A stretch of 33,236 nucleotides of DNA from an uncultured delta proteobacterium (GTDB taxonomy: Bacteria > Desulfobacterota > Binatia > Bin18), in assembly GCA_963733195.1 (NCBI GenBank), contig CAVTCR010000020.1, forward strand, positions 1-33,236. The letters run 5' to 3'. This document shows, piece after piece, positions 1 to 9,494 of this stretch (positions are counted from its first letter, which is position 1; each line of letters opens with the position of its first letter). Made by a program: the position numbers and the translations under genes. The notes below the pieces were generated by a model. It had not been told where the DNA came from. It searched no databases and worked only from the letters and a program-made list of their open reading frames with translations.

Positions 1-82
1 ATAGACCGGGAGCAGGGAGAAAGATATTGTCTGTCAGTGTGAGATAGATTCAACAGGCCAGATTTCGAAAGGAGGGAGAATC

Positions 83-487
83 ATGAAGCGCATGACGACC
101 ATCGCGGTATTGGTAGCCATATTCTGTACGAATCTTGTGAATATACGATCCGTTAACGCTGAAGAACCAAAGAAGATTCAAGTGACAGGCATGATGCTTC
201 CTTTTGAAGAAGGAAAACGTGAGGATTTGGCGGTAGCCACCATTTTCGTCCATGACAAACCGTGGTTCTTCCGGGTAGGCAAAGTGGAAGGATTGACCCC
301 AGAAGAGCGCGGCACGGCAGTGAACGATGGCGCTCTCATAGAACAGATGCGTTTCTCTGGTCCGGATGCGCTGATGCGCCGAATGCAGAAAGCTGATGTC
401 ACCGGTAAGCCCCTTATCATTGAAGGGTATCTGAACGCCAAGGAAAGGCGATTTCAAGTCACTTCCGTGGAGGAAGCACAAAAATAA
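83..487 (+). CDS. Secreted hypothetical protein (paralog 1 of 3; small beta-rich, possibly OB-fold-like)
   Basis: Strong RBS (AGGAGGGAG) before ATG; Sec-type signal peptide MKRMTTIAVLVAIF...VNA; aligns by eye with 8013..8438 and 8498..8908 (KREDL, RVGKVE, GKPLIIEGYL, RRFQVT). Confidence 0.85.
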   Translation: MKRMTTIAVLVAIFCTNLVNIRSVNAEEPKKIQVTGMMLPFEEGKREDLAVATIFVHDKPWFFRVGKVEGLTPEERGTAVNDGALIEQMRFSGPDALMRRMQKADVTGKPLIIEGYLNAKERRFQVTSVEEAQK

Positions 488-848
488 TGTAGAGTTGGCA
501 GCGCCTCCGCGCCTGCTGCGATGCGGTGAACGAGGAGAACTACCCTTGTTCGCTTCCCCTTTCTCCCAGCTAGCCAACTAGTAACGTGGTGAGGCAGGGC
601 GGCGGGACGGCGAGCGCTACGAGCGTGATATTCTCAGACAGGCGCCAGCTCTCTTCAATGTTAGTGATCGGCGAACAGTGGGCCACTGCCAAAGCGCGCG
701 AGCAAGCCCAGGCTCGGCAGGTAGACTGGAAAGTTGACGCCGATATCTCTGTAAGGTTTTCTTACTTTTCGCCGACAATAAGCAAACACGTACCTGGCAA
801 TAAAATCGCCGGGTTTCTTCTGGTTATGCCTCACTTCCTGTTTCGTGT

Positions 849-3800
849 TCACCCAGCTATTTTTTGCAGCCGCTCCTGTATTTCCTGCACCTGCCGTGCC
901 GACAGGAAAGTCTGCTTGATTTCTTGATCCTGCAATCGGTTCGCTACTCCCTCGATCACCTCAATAGCACTGGCGTATGATGCGCGTGCCTGAGCTGTTG
1001 TGCCTTGCTTTTCGTACAACTCGCCGAGTGCCTGATAGGTCTTCCACAATTGCGGTGGGTTGCCGACCTCTTTTGCAAGCGTCAAGCGCCTTCTGCAACA
1101 CAACTTCGGCCTCCGCCAGTCTTCCTTGCATGTAGTATGCTTGTCCCTGCAATCGCCAGCCTTTGACGATATTCTTGCGGCTTTCCGTCGGCTCGGCTAG
1201 TTGAAGGCACTCCTCGGCGAAGCGTAACGCTTTCTCAGCATCTCCTTTTGTGAGCCACAGCTCCCCTAGGCTATGGCAGCAGTGCTGCATATAGCGCCAC
1301 TTCATCGACTCTTCGCCCCACTTCCCGCGCTGTTGGGAGTCGCGGTAGACTTTTTCGAGGTAGTGCTGTGCCTGCTCGATATCACCCAGGAGCAGGTAGT
1401 AATCGCCTAAGTTGATCTCTGCGTTTCTGATGATCTCGGGATCGCCGAGCTGGTACGACACCTCAGCTCCTTCCTGGTTGTAGTGGATGGCCTGCTCCAG
1501 ATTGTAGAGTTCTCCGTACACCCAGCCCAGGGTATTGAGGATGCGACATTTAAAAATTTGTCGCCAAGCCGCTCGCTCATTCAAGGGCTTCCTGAAGAGA
1601 GACAATGGCTTGCTCATACTTCCCCCTTACTGCAGCGGGTGAGCACCCCTGTCCCAGCAAAGTTCAGTAGAGAGATGTGAAAGTTATGAGTATGTCCGAT
1701 GGTGAAACCTTGCTCGTGAAAAGAAAAGCTTGCTCGTACTCTCCCTTCCAGTTATGAAGAAGCCCGAGCGAGTGGAGACTCACCCTTCAAGCCTTTGTCT
1801 CCCGTCTCCCTGCTGATCTTTAGCGCTTCTGCCAAATAGCGGGTGGCCTCGTCAGTTTGCCAGTCACTTGGTGGACCAACCCATCACAAAGATACTGGCG
1901 GCAAGGATATTTTTGGCGCCGATCTCTGAGGCTAACGCCTTCGCCTGCTCGGCATATTCGAGGGCCTTCTCGAACTCATGAGCCTAGAAGAAACTAATGG
2001 CCAATCTGGTAGAGAGCCTCCGCCTCCTTGCCGCGGTCTCCAATCTGTCGGGCCACCTCTAACATGTGCTGATAGGCTTCGACGGACGGGAGAAACTCAC
2101 TCAGGAGGAAATGCACTGCACCTTTGCCGGAGTAGATCATCATGAGCGTCGCAGGTGCAACTGCTTCACCCAGTCATTCACAGAGGGCTAACGCCCGGTT
2201 ATAGTGTACAAGGGCTTCTGATTCGCATAAGCTTGCTGCGTTTTCTGTCCCGCCTTGACCAGATACTCTAGTGCCTTCTCCCATGCCTCCCCTTGCTCGT
2301 AATGATATGCGAGTTCCTCGTAGTGTTCGGTCAACCGGTCAGTGTAGAGTTCCTCAATGGCTGCGCCGACAGCTTTGTGTAGTCCTTCCGCCGCTGGATG
2401 AGCAGGCTGTTATAGGCCACATCCTGAATCACTGCATGCTTAAAAATGTACGCTGGCTCGGGCAGCAGTCCTTGCCGTAGATGATCTCCAGTGTCTTCAG
2501 TTCACGCAAGCAACCCTTCGAGTTTGCCGGTGAGCCCGGCAATCCGTTCCAGCAGACGCACGAGGAACTGCCGCCCAATGACCGAGGCCAATTGCACAGT
2601 GCGTTTGCCCTCCTCACCCAGACGGTCGAGCCGGGCCATGATGATCCCTTGAATGGTGTCGGGCACGTTCACCTCAGCAATTCCCTTCACCAGCCGGTAG
2701 CCACCATCCTCACGCCGCAGGACGCCGAGATCAAGCAACGTTTTGGTCACTTCCTCAACGAACAATGGCACCCCCTCGGCTTTCTCCATCAATGCAGTAG
2801 TCAATTCTGGTGGGAACTGGTCAGTCCCTAATACGAGGCCAGCCATGGTGAGTGTTTCGGCTTCTGACAGACTGTGGAGGTTCAGAGTGGTGAAGAAGCT
2901 ACGGCTGCCGAACGGAGGGTTGTAGCCAATGCGGTACGTCAGGATGAGCATAAGCGGCAAGCCCGCTACGGAATCGACGAAGGACTCCAGATATTCTTCG
3001 CTGCTGCGATCAATCCAATGCAAATCTTCAAAAACAAAGACTATCGGGCGCAGGCTCGCACCTCGAAGCGTTAATGCGCGTAGTGCATCAAAGACGTGCT
3101 GACGCCGGACTAAAGGGTCCATGGCAGTAATGGCTGGGTTGCCGGGATCAACAGAGAGAAGGTAACGGATATACGGGATGTGCGTATCCAGTCCACCCAG
3201 GCGACGCATGCCGTGCTCGACCTTGGCGATAATCTCCGGTTCCCCATCAAACTCCTCAATGCGGAAGTTTTCACGTAGCTGATCGATAAGGGGAAGAAGC
3301 GGGATCGATTGTCCAAAGGAGATGCACCGCCCTTCGAGCCAGGTGAATCTCTTCTCCGGCCTGGGCCAACGCCCGGCGAAATTCTAGCAGGAGGCGAGAT
3401 TTGCCGATGCCTGCCTCACCAGTGACTAATACAACCTGGCCGCGCCCAGATTTCACTTCACGAAAGAGATCAAGCAAGGTTCCCAACTCGCGCTCCCGAC
3501 CGACAAGGGGAGTCAGACCACGTTCGATCGCAACATCAAGGCGCGCACGGCGACCACGAGGCCGCAGCACTTCAAAGACGCGCACGGGCGTAGTGTCCTT
3601 TCGCCTGTAGTTCGCCTAAATCCAGCAATTTCAAAGAACCCCGCGATCAGCTTATGGGTCGCTTCGCTTACCACGACACTGCCCGGACGGGCCAGTTGCT
3701 GCATCCGTGCGGCGACATTAGTGGTGTCGCCTACCGCGGTATAGTCCATGCGCAAGTCATCGCCAATCTTGCCGACGACAACAAGACCCGTGTTCAAGCC

Positions 3801-4410
3801 AATGCGCATCTGCAGCCCAAAGCCGTGTTGCTGCTCTATCTCTTCGCTCAGCTCCCGCTAATCCTTGTTGAATCGCCAGCGCAGCATGCACGGCCCGGCG
3901 TGGGCCATCCTCATGCGCGATGGGCGCCCCGAACAGCGCCATCACTCCATCACCGGTATACTGGTTGATCGTTCCCTCAAAACGGTGCACGGCTGAGGTG
4001 ATCAATTCAAAGCAACGATCCAGGATCTGGTGAACTTCTTCGGGGTCGAGCTTTTCGGCTAAGGCCGTGAAGCCAGCCGTGTCGGCAAACAGAACTGTGA
4101 CCCGACGGCGTTCGCCTTCCAACGCGGAACGAGTGGTGAAGACCTTGTTGACCAGATGCTTGGGCGTATAAGAAGCCAGGCGGCTGTGATAGTCAGTTCC
4201 AGCCGGTAATAAAGTGCTTGGCGGTTGGGAAACAGGAGGTTGACCCTGCGCCTCGGGTTCCATCAGCCGATGACCGCATACGCCGCAGAACCGGGCTCCC
4301 GGTCGAACAGGGGTATTGCACTGGGAGCAACGAGCCTCTAGAGGAGTTCCGCACTGTTCACAGAAACGATTCCCGGCAGGGTTGTCGGCCTGGCACTGAG
4401 CGCACTGCAT
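849..4410 (-). CDS. Double zinc ribbon - class III adenylate/guanylate cyclase - AAA/STAND ATPase - TPR protein (multiply frameshifted in this assembly)
   Basis: Consecutive minus-strand fragments give four CxxC pairs (CAQC, CEQC, CSQC, CGVC); cyclase motifs VLFADTAGFT, YTGDGVMALFG, RIGLNTG, DYTAVGDTTNVAARM; Walker A GEAGIGKS; Walker B FVFEDLHWID; AEGVPLFVEE, VPDTIQGIIMARLDRL, YIFKHAVIQDVAY; then TPR-like repeats to a stop at 849. At least 6 frame changes. Confidence 0.88.
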
Positions 4411-4470
4411 ACGCGGGTTCTAACACGAGGTCGCGGGAATCAGCAACCGGTTGTTTACAAGGCTTACGAT

Positions 4471-5769
4471 ATGAACGTACAAGAGAAGGTGAGCGAGGAA
4501 CGAGTCGAAGGCGAGCGATTTTTTTACGGCTGGTTCATTGTTGGCATTCTCTTTTTCATTTCCCTCATCGACGGCGGATTCACCTACATTTTCTCTGCTT
4601 TTCTGAAACCTCTCTCACAGGAATTCGGTTGGACACGAGCGGAAACCGCTGGCGCTTTCTCTCTCTACTTGCTCGCCGCTGGCCTCAGTCTTCCCTTCTG
4701 GGGATGGCTCGCCGATCATTACGGAGTCAGGCTGGTTTTTATTCTGAGTGCGCTTATCGATGGTCTCGCCCTCGTGCTGTTGAGCCACATACGGAGTTTG
4801 ACCACTTTCTATGCGTTGTATTTCTTCCTCGGGGTTGGGTTGGGAGGGATTGGCCCGGTGACTGTGGGCAAGGCTGTCTCGCAGTGGTTTGTGGCGAAAC
4901 GGGGCCGGGCTATGGGCGTCGCGCTGATCGGCGCCGGACTCGGCGGCCTTGTGCTCGTGCCGCTGACAGGGTTTCTCATCGAAGAGTTCAATTGGCGGAT
5001 CGCTTTCCAGGGACTTGCTGCTTTCGCCCTGGGCGGCATGCTCCCTTTGGTGTGGTTCTTTCTAACGAATACGCCAGCGGAAAAAGGGCTCACCCCACTC
5101 GGGCAGGAACTCCTCACCAATGGTTCTTCTCCCTTCCTGACAGAGGAAAATGAAATCTCAGATGGCTGGACGCTGAAAGAGGCGCTGTTCACCACGACCT
5201 TCTGGCTGCTCGGGTTGTCGTTCTGCCTGGGGCTCATGGCTGCCGCTGCGGTTCACACACATATAGTGGCGTTTCTGCAGGATGCCGGGTTGTCTTTGGA
5301 ACTTGCCTCGACCATTGCCGGAGTGACCGTGGGAATGACCATGGGCGGGCGGTTCTTCGTAGGCTGGGCAAGTGAGCATGCCCGGCATATCCATTGGCTC
5401 TTGTCGTTTTGCCTGGTCCTGCAAGCTATAGGTGTTGGGTTCCTCTTGCGTTTCGACACGTTGGGTTTCTGGGCGCTTACGGTTTTCGTCCCGTGCTTTG
5501 GGTTGGGCTACGGCGGGCTCGTGGTCCTCTGGCCGTTAGCGGTCGGCCACGATTTCGGGATGCGCGCATTTGGTGCCATAGCTGGCATGGTGGGTACAGT
5601 CGCACTCAGCCTCGGGGGGGCCGCAGGGCCGGTGGTCGCAGGCGCGATGTACGACAACACTGGTAGTTATTTCCTTGCTTTTCTTTCGTGTGTCGGTGTG
5701 TTTCTCGCTGGAGCCGGGGCTGCCTTCGTCACGACGGAACCCATCCGAAGACAGGCTGATAGCCGATAG
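4471..5769 (+). CDS. MFS transporter (OFA/MCT-like)
   Basis: 432 aa with about 12 hydrophobic segments; FFYGW N-terminus, MFS motif A GWLADHYGVR, WFVAKRGRAMG, GPVVAGAMYDNTGSY. Confidence 0.92.
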   Translation: MNVQEKVSEERVEGERFFYGWFIVGILFFISLIDGGFTYIFSAFLKPLSQEFGWTRAETAGAFSLYLLAAGLSLPFWGWLADHYGVRLVFILSALIDGLALVLLSHIRSLTTFYALYFFLGVGLGGIGPVTVGKAVSQWFVAKRGRAMGVALIGAGLGGLVLVPLTGFLIEEFNWRIAFQGLAAFALGGMLPLVWFFLTNTPAEKGLTPLGQELLTNGSSPFLTEENEISDGWTLKEALFTTTFWLLGLSFCLGLMAAAAVHTHIVAFLQDAGLSLELASTIAGVTVGMTMGGRFFVGWASEHARHIHWLLSFCLVLQAIGVGFLLRFDTLGFWALTVFVPCFGLGYGGLVVLWPLAVGHDFGMRAFGAIAGMVGTVALSLGGAAGPVVAGAMYDNTGSYFLAFLSCVGVFLAGAGAAFVTTEPIRRQADSR

Positions 5770-5869
5770 CTCGCTCACTGCGTTCGCTCTATAGCAAATA
5801 GCCTGTTTGCCACGCTTGCTTGATGGCAGCCATTAACTATCTGCTATCGAGTGAGCGTAGCGAACGAGC
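5769..5869. repeat. Imperfect 27-nt inverted repeat between convergent genes (REP-like element or bidirectional terminator)
   Basis: Arm 5769-5795 GCTCGCTCACTGCGTTCGCTCTATAGC pairs with 5843-5869 GCTATCGAGTGAGCGTAGCGAACGAGC (21 Watson-Crick pairs, 3 G-U, 3 mismatches by hand count). Confidence 0.7.
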
Positions 5870-5930
5870 CATAAGCTGTTTCCGTATCTCCTACCCCGCG
5901 TACGCTAATTCGATCACCTCCTATTGACTC

Positions 5931-6959
5931 CTACTTTCTCTCCGCCACAAACGTCCAATACGTCGGCATTAACTCCGCATTTTCTTGTGAGATTGTGAAC
6001 CCGGCATCTTGCAGCATCTGCATAATTTCAGGACGAGAGTTGACGACATTGCCCCAGGTGACTTCAAAATACTGCTCGATAATACTCATGGTGAAACGTC
6101 GGTCGCGCAGGTCATCTCCGGTTGCCGGTGCACAGCGATCAATCAGCAGCAACGTGCCACCCGGTTTGAGACTCTGATGGCACCGTCGCAGAATGTCAGC
6201 CTTGGCTTTGTCAGGTACCTCGTGAAAAACTTGCACCATCGTGACGAGGTCGAACTCGCTGGTAAAGTCGATTTCCTCCGCGCCAACCGGTGCGAGGCGG
6301 ATACGGTCGGTGAGTCCTTGCGCACGAATCGCTTTTTGTGAGGTTGCGAGAAAATGATCAAACGGCTCAACACCGGTCACCTGAGAGCGAGGGAATTGCT
6401 TGGCAAACTCAATGAGGACCGTGCCACTGCCGGAACCGACATCCATGACGGCTCCTCCCGAGCGAAGACGGTCTTCGATACCGGGAAGTTTGCGCGCGAC
6501 GGCAACGACCTGCGGTGCCCGTAACGCAGAAATACGTCCTTGAATAGTGAAGAACTCTGGCTCGTGCTCAGAGAAGGCTGTCGTCTCTCCAGTGCGAAAC
6601 CGTTCCGGATAGACAAGATAGTCACGGGTGAGGGCGGTTATAATGTGTGCAGTGAGCAGATCCGGGGATTCCTCATCGAGCAATTCATCCATAAATGGAG
6701 CGAAGACGAATCCTCTGTTGTCATCGTAGTTCAGAATGCCGACAGTGCAGGCCGCTCGGCACCACACCTCCGTGCGCCACGGGTCGAGGCCTGTTCCTGC
6801 TGCTAACTCTTGTGCTGAGGCTGCACCGCCACGTCGTTTCAGTTCGGTGAAGTAACCGAGCCGTCCACCAGTATCAATGATAAATGTGGCATGTAGTCCG
6901 AACATCCACCCGCGTACCACGCGGGCTTGGCTGTCTTTGGTTACGGCTTTATCCAGCAT
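5931..6959 (-). CDS. Class I SAM-dependent methyltransferase with N-terminal winged-helix domain (Rv2258c-like)
   Basis: N-terminal GRLGYF...SAQELAAGTGLDPWRTEVW; motif I VMDVGSGSG; FDLVT; LKPGGTLLL. Confidence 0.88.
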   Translation of the reverse strand: MLDKAVTKDSQARVVRGWMFGLHATFIIDTGGRLGYFTELKRRGGAASAQELAAGTGLDPWRTEVWCRAACTVGILNYDDNRGFVFAPFMDELLDEESPDLLTAHIITALTRDYLVYPERFRTGETTAFSEHEPEFFTIQGRISALRAPQVVAVARKLPGIEDRLRSGGAVMDVGSGSGTVLIEFAKQFPRSQVTGVEPFDHFLATSQKAIRAQGLTDRIRLAPVGAEEIDFTSEFDLVTMVQVFHEVPDKAKADILRRCHQSLKPGGTLLLIDRCAPATGDDLRDRRFTMSIIEQYFEVTWGNVVNSRPEIMQMLQDAGFTISQENAELMPTYWTFVAERK

Positions 6960-6980
6960 ATTTTTCCTTTGTCACAAAGT

Positions 6981-7047
6981 TGTCATCCTGAGCAACGCGA
7001 AGGACTCTTTTCTCGGAGAGATTCTTCGCCTGCGGCTCAGAATGACA
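6981..7047. repeat. REP-like palindromic element (GTCATCCTGAGC...GCTCAGAATGAC type)
   Basis: Terminal inverted repeat TGTCATCCTGAGC (6981-6993) / GCTCAGAATGACA (7035-7047) with inner stem GCGAAGGA...TTCTTCGC. Confidence 0.8.
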
Positions 7048-7080
7048 GGGTTGAAAATTTTTTCCTGGAACGGGATAGGC

Positions 7081-7890
7081 TCACGACTTCTGTGTCTGGA
7101 GAAAAGACGAAATCTCTTTCAGTGACTTCTCCGGTTGCTCTCCCCAGAAAATATGCCCTGCAGGTTCGAGCAAGACAAGTTTCGCTCCAGGAATTCGTTC
7201 ACTCAGAATTCGTGAGTTCTCCCAGGAGATGAGTACGTCATCTTTGCCGGTAATTACGAGGGTTGGACAAGTGATCTGCGGCAATCGATCATAGGTGTCG
7301 TGTGCATAGGCTGCTTTCATGCGATGGCCGAGCGCGATAGGATCAATCGGTCGCTGCCGTCGCGCTTCAATCATTGCGGGGATAATCTCTGGGTGTTTCT
7401 CAATGTAACCTTTGGTGAAACATGCCTCGGCGAGTAAGCGACCGCGTTCTTCTGCCGACATCGGTTTGGTTGAGTAGGCTTGAGCTAATGGACCTCCGCC
7501 TAATGCGACCGACTTCGGTCCGCCTGGGGTTGTGCAGCCCAGTACTAACCGCCGCACTTTTTGTGGATGGCGCAGGGCAAACTCTTGCGCAATCATGCCT
7601 CCCATGGACACTCCGATTATATGCGCTGAAGAAAACCCAACATGATCCATGAGTGCAGCAGTGTCATCCGCTAGCATAGCGATGCTGTATTCCATGTCGG
7701 GTTTTTCGCTCAGTCCTGAGCCGCGTTGATCGAAGGTTAAGACGCGATACTGGGCGGCGAATTTTGCAGCGATCCCCGAAAACATACTTCGGTCGCCTTG
7801 AGCACCATGAATAAGAACAAGGGGGTCGCCGGTGCCTTGCAGATCATACTCGAGCTGCACGCCATTAACACGCGTTTGTTGTGTTTGCAT
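7081..7890 (-). CDS. Alpha/beta fold hydrolase (PcaD/enol-lactonase-like)
   Basis: LIHG, FDQRGSGLS, nucleophile elbow GVSMGG, Asp in TGKDD, His in AGH; RBS AAGGAGGGAG. Confidence 0.92.
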   Translation of the reverse strand: MQTQQTRVNGVQLEYDLQGTGDPLVLIHGAQGDRSMFSGIAAKFAAQYRVLTFDQRGSGLSEKPDMEYSIAMLADDTAALMDHVGFSSAHIIGVSMGGMIAQEFALRHPQKVRRLVLGCTTPGGPKSVALGGGPLAQAYSTKPMSAEERGRLLAEACFTKGYIEKHPEIIPAMIEARRQRPIDPIALGHRMKAAYAHDTYDRLPQITCPTLVITGKDDVLISWENSRILSERIPGAKLVLLEPAGHIFWGEQPEKSLKEISSFLQTQKS

Positions 7891-8012
7891 ATCTCCCTCC
7901 TTAGTGAATTCTGCTGAAGACGTATCTCATGCGAGGCCATTGCTACACTTCCATATCTGAGACCAGAGTGGCAAGATGGCTGCCATGCAAACGTGGAGGA
8001 AGGAGAATCGAG

Positions 8013-8438
8013 GTGAAGAGAATTCTCGTTATCGCGCTGACAACACTCAACATCGGCATCGCGCTTGCACAATCTCCCTATCCTGAGCAACGGCCACTCG
8101 ATCTGCGTATAACCGGTGCGTTTCTCGCGCCTGACCAACAAAAGCGTGATGACCTTGTGACAGTCGATGTGACCGTGCAAGGTAAACCAATGTTGCTGAG
8201 GGTTGGAAAAGTCGAAGACCTCACGATCCAAGAGCGAGTGCAGGCAGTGAAGGGGGAAGTGTTGTTACACAAAGTACACTTTACCGGTGCTGAAGATTTG
8301 ATGGTACGCCTGCAAAAACCGGAGATGATTGGCAAAGTCGTGACGATAGAAGGATGGCTCGATACCCAAAGTCGCCGTTTACAAGTGACGGCAATTAAAG
8401 AAATAACCAATGCTGTCCCGGCAGCGAAAGGGCAATAA
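8013..8438 (+). CDS. Secreted hypothetical protein (paralog 2 of 3)
   Basis: GTG start after GGAGGAAGGAG; signal peptide ending IALA; homologous to 83..487 and 8498..8908 (ITG, KRDDL, RVGKVEDL, GKVVTIEGWL, RRLQVT). Confidence 0.85.
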   Translation: MKRILVIALTTLNIGIALAQSPYPEQRPLDLRITGAFLAPDQQKRDDLVTVDVTVQGKPMLLRVGKVEDLTIQERVQAVKGEVLLHKVHFTGAEDLMVRLQKPEMIGKVVTIEGWLDTQSRRLQVTAIKEITNAVPAAKGQ

Positions 8439-8497
8439 TGAGGCTTTTTTCGCAACGCTGGTGTGACAAGAGAATAGACAGAAACAAGGGAGAATGT

Positions 8498-8908
8498 ATG
8501 AAATTCATTAGTGTTGTGACGCTGTTGTTGACGCTTGCTTGGGGGGCCACCACCTATGCGCAGTCGGTGTATCCTGACCGTCCAATGCAACTACGTGTGA
8601 CTGGGACGTTGCTTTCTGTCGAAGAGCAGAAACGAGAAGATATCGTTGCCGTTCCTGTTTTTGTCCAAGACAAAGCTTGGACGCTACGGTTGGGCAAAGT
8701 GGAAGACCTGAATCCGTCCGGACGAGGAGATCCGATTAAAGAAGATGTCTTGATGCGCCAGGTGCGGTTTTATGGGCCTGAGGACCTACTTGCTCGGTTG
8801 CAAAGTGGGAAGGTGCTGACGATTGAAGGACAACTCGAGCCAAAAGAGCGACGGTTTCGTGTTACTGGTGTACAAGAGGGTGGGGGGGCCACTCCGGCGA
8901 GTCGGTAA
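8498..8908 (+). CDS. Secreted hypothetical protein (paralog 3 of 3)
   Basis: ATG after AAGGGAG; signal peptide ending TTYA; QSVYP start like paralog 2; KREDI, RLGKVEDL, GKVLTIEGQL, RRFRVT. Confidence 0.85.
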   Translation: MKFISVVTLLLTLAWGATTYAQSVYPDRPMQLRVTGTLLSVEEQKREDIVAVPVFVQDKAWTLRLGKVEDLNPSGRGDPIKEDVLMRQVRFYGPEDLLARLQSGKVLTIEGQLEPKERRFRVTGVQEGGGATPASR

Positions 8909-8962
8909 GTCTAAGTAGTCAATTACGACAGAATATTCGGTATGGAAAATTGCCCCTTCTTC

Positions 8963-9343
8963 TCAGGAATTTTCGTCACCCAAGACGATGGCGTCTCTGT
9001 GTCGTAACCGTTCGGCCATCACGCGCATAACTGAAAGCGCAAAATGTGGAGTTTGTTGCACCAGGAAGTGAAAGCGCTTTTCGTTAACAGGTGCGAGCTT
9101 GCAATCGGTCTTGGCGACAGCGGTTCCACTCCGTGCTTTCTTATCAATGAGGGCCATTTCCCCGAGAATCCCCCCTGGTCCGACGGTACTCAAGACCTTA
9201 TTGCGAAGCAGAATATCTACTTCTCCCTCTATGACAACATACATGACCTCACCAGGTTGCCCCTCCTGGAAGACCGTTTGTCCTTGCGTGAACGACTCGA
9301 CCTCTTTGACATGACGGAACAGTTCTAATGTGGGCTCTGACAT
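8963..9343 (-). CDS. Stand-alone cyclic nucleotide-binding domain protein (no HTH)
   Basis: GQTVFQEGQPGEVMYVVIEGEV and phosphate-binding cassette LGEMALIDKKARSGTAVA; ends after the C-helix. Start placed at MSEPT following GGAGGGACTGGAG. Confidence 0.9.
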   Translation of the reverse strand: MSEPTLELFRHVKEVESFTQGQTVFQEGQPGEVMYVVIEGEVDILLRNKVLSTVGPGGILGEMALIDKKARSGTAVAKTDCKLAPVNEKRFHFLVQQTPHFALSVMRVMAERLRHRDAIVLGDENS

Positions 9344-9494
9344 CGCTCCAGTCCCTCCATTTCCCATCCAACGAGTTGTAGATGGGAACTTCTTGCTTCC
9401 CTCTACAACAGAATTTTGTTACAGGAGAGTGAAGGCACGATGACAACCGAATGAAACCTCTTCCTTTTGTGGGTTTTTCGTTTTGAGAGATAGA

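Noticed and set aside
849-4410. Anti-phage system (Pycsar or Avs-like) built on the cyclase-STAND gene
   Set aside because: The architecture matches the common zinc ribbon-cyclase-AAA-TPR family, the CNB protein has no TM or TIR effector, and no defence genes are nearby.
4218-5153. 311-aa + strand ORF
   Set aside because: Arg-rich alternate frame overlapping the MFS gene and antisense to the cyclase; no motifs.
7929-8012. Longer N-terminal extensions from the ORF track (7929, 8438, 10222, 18756, 25517)
   Set aside because: Downstream starts have better RBS sites or match the family N-terminus or signal peptide.
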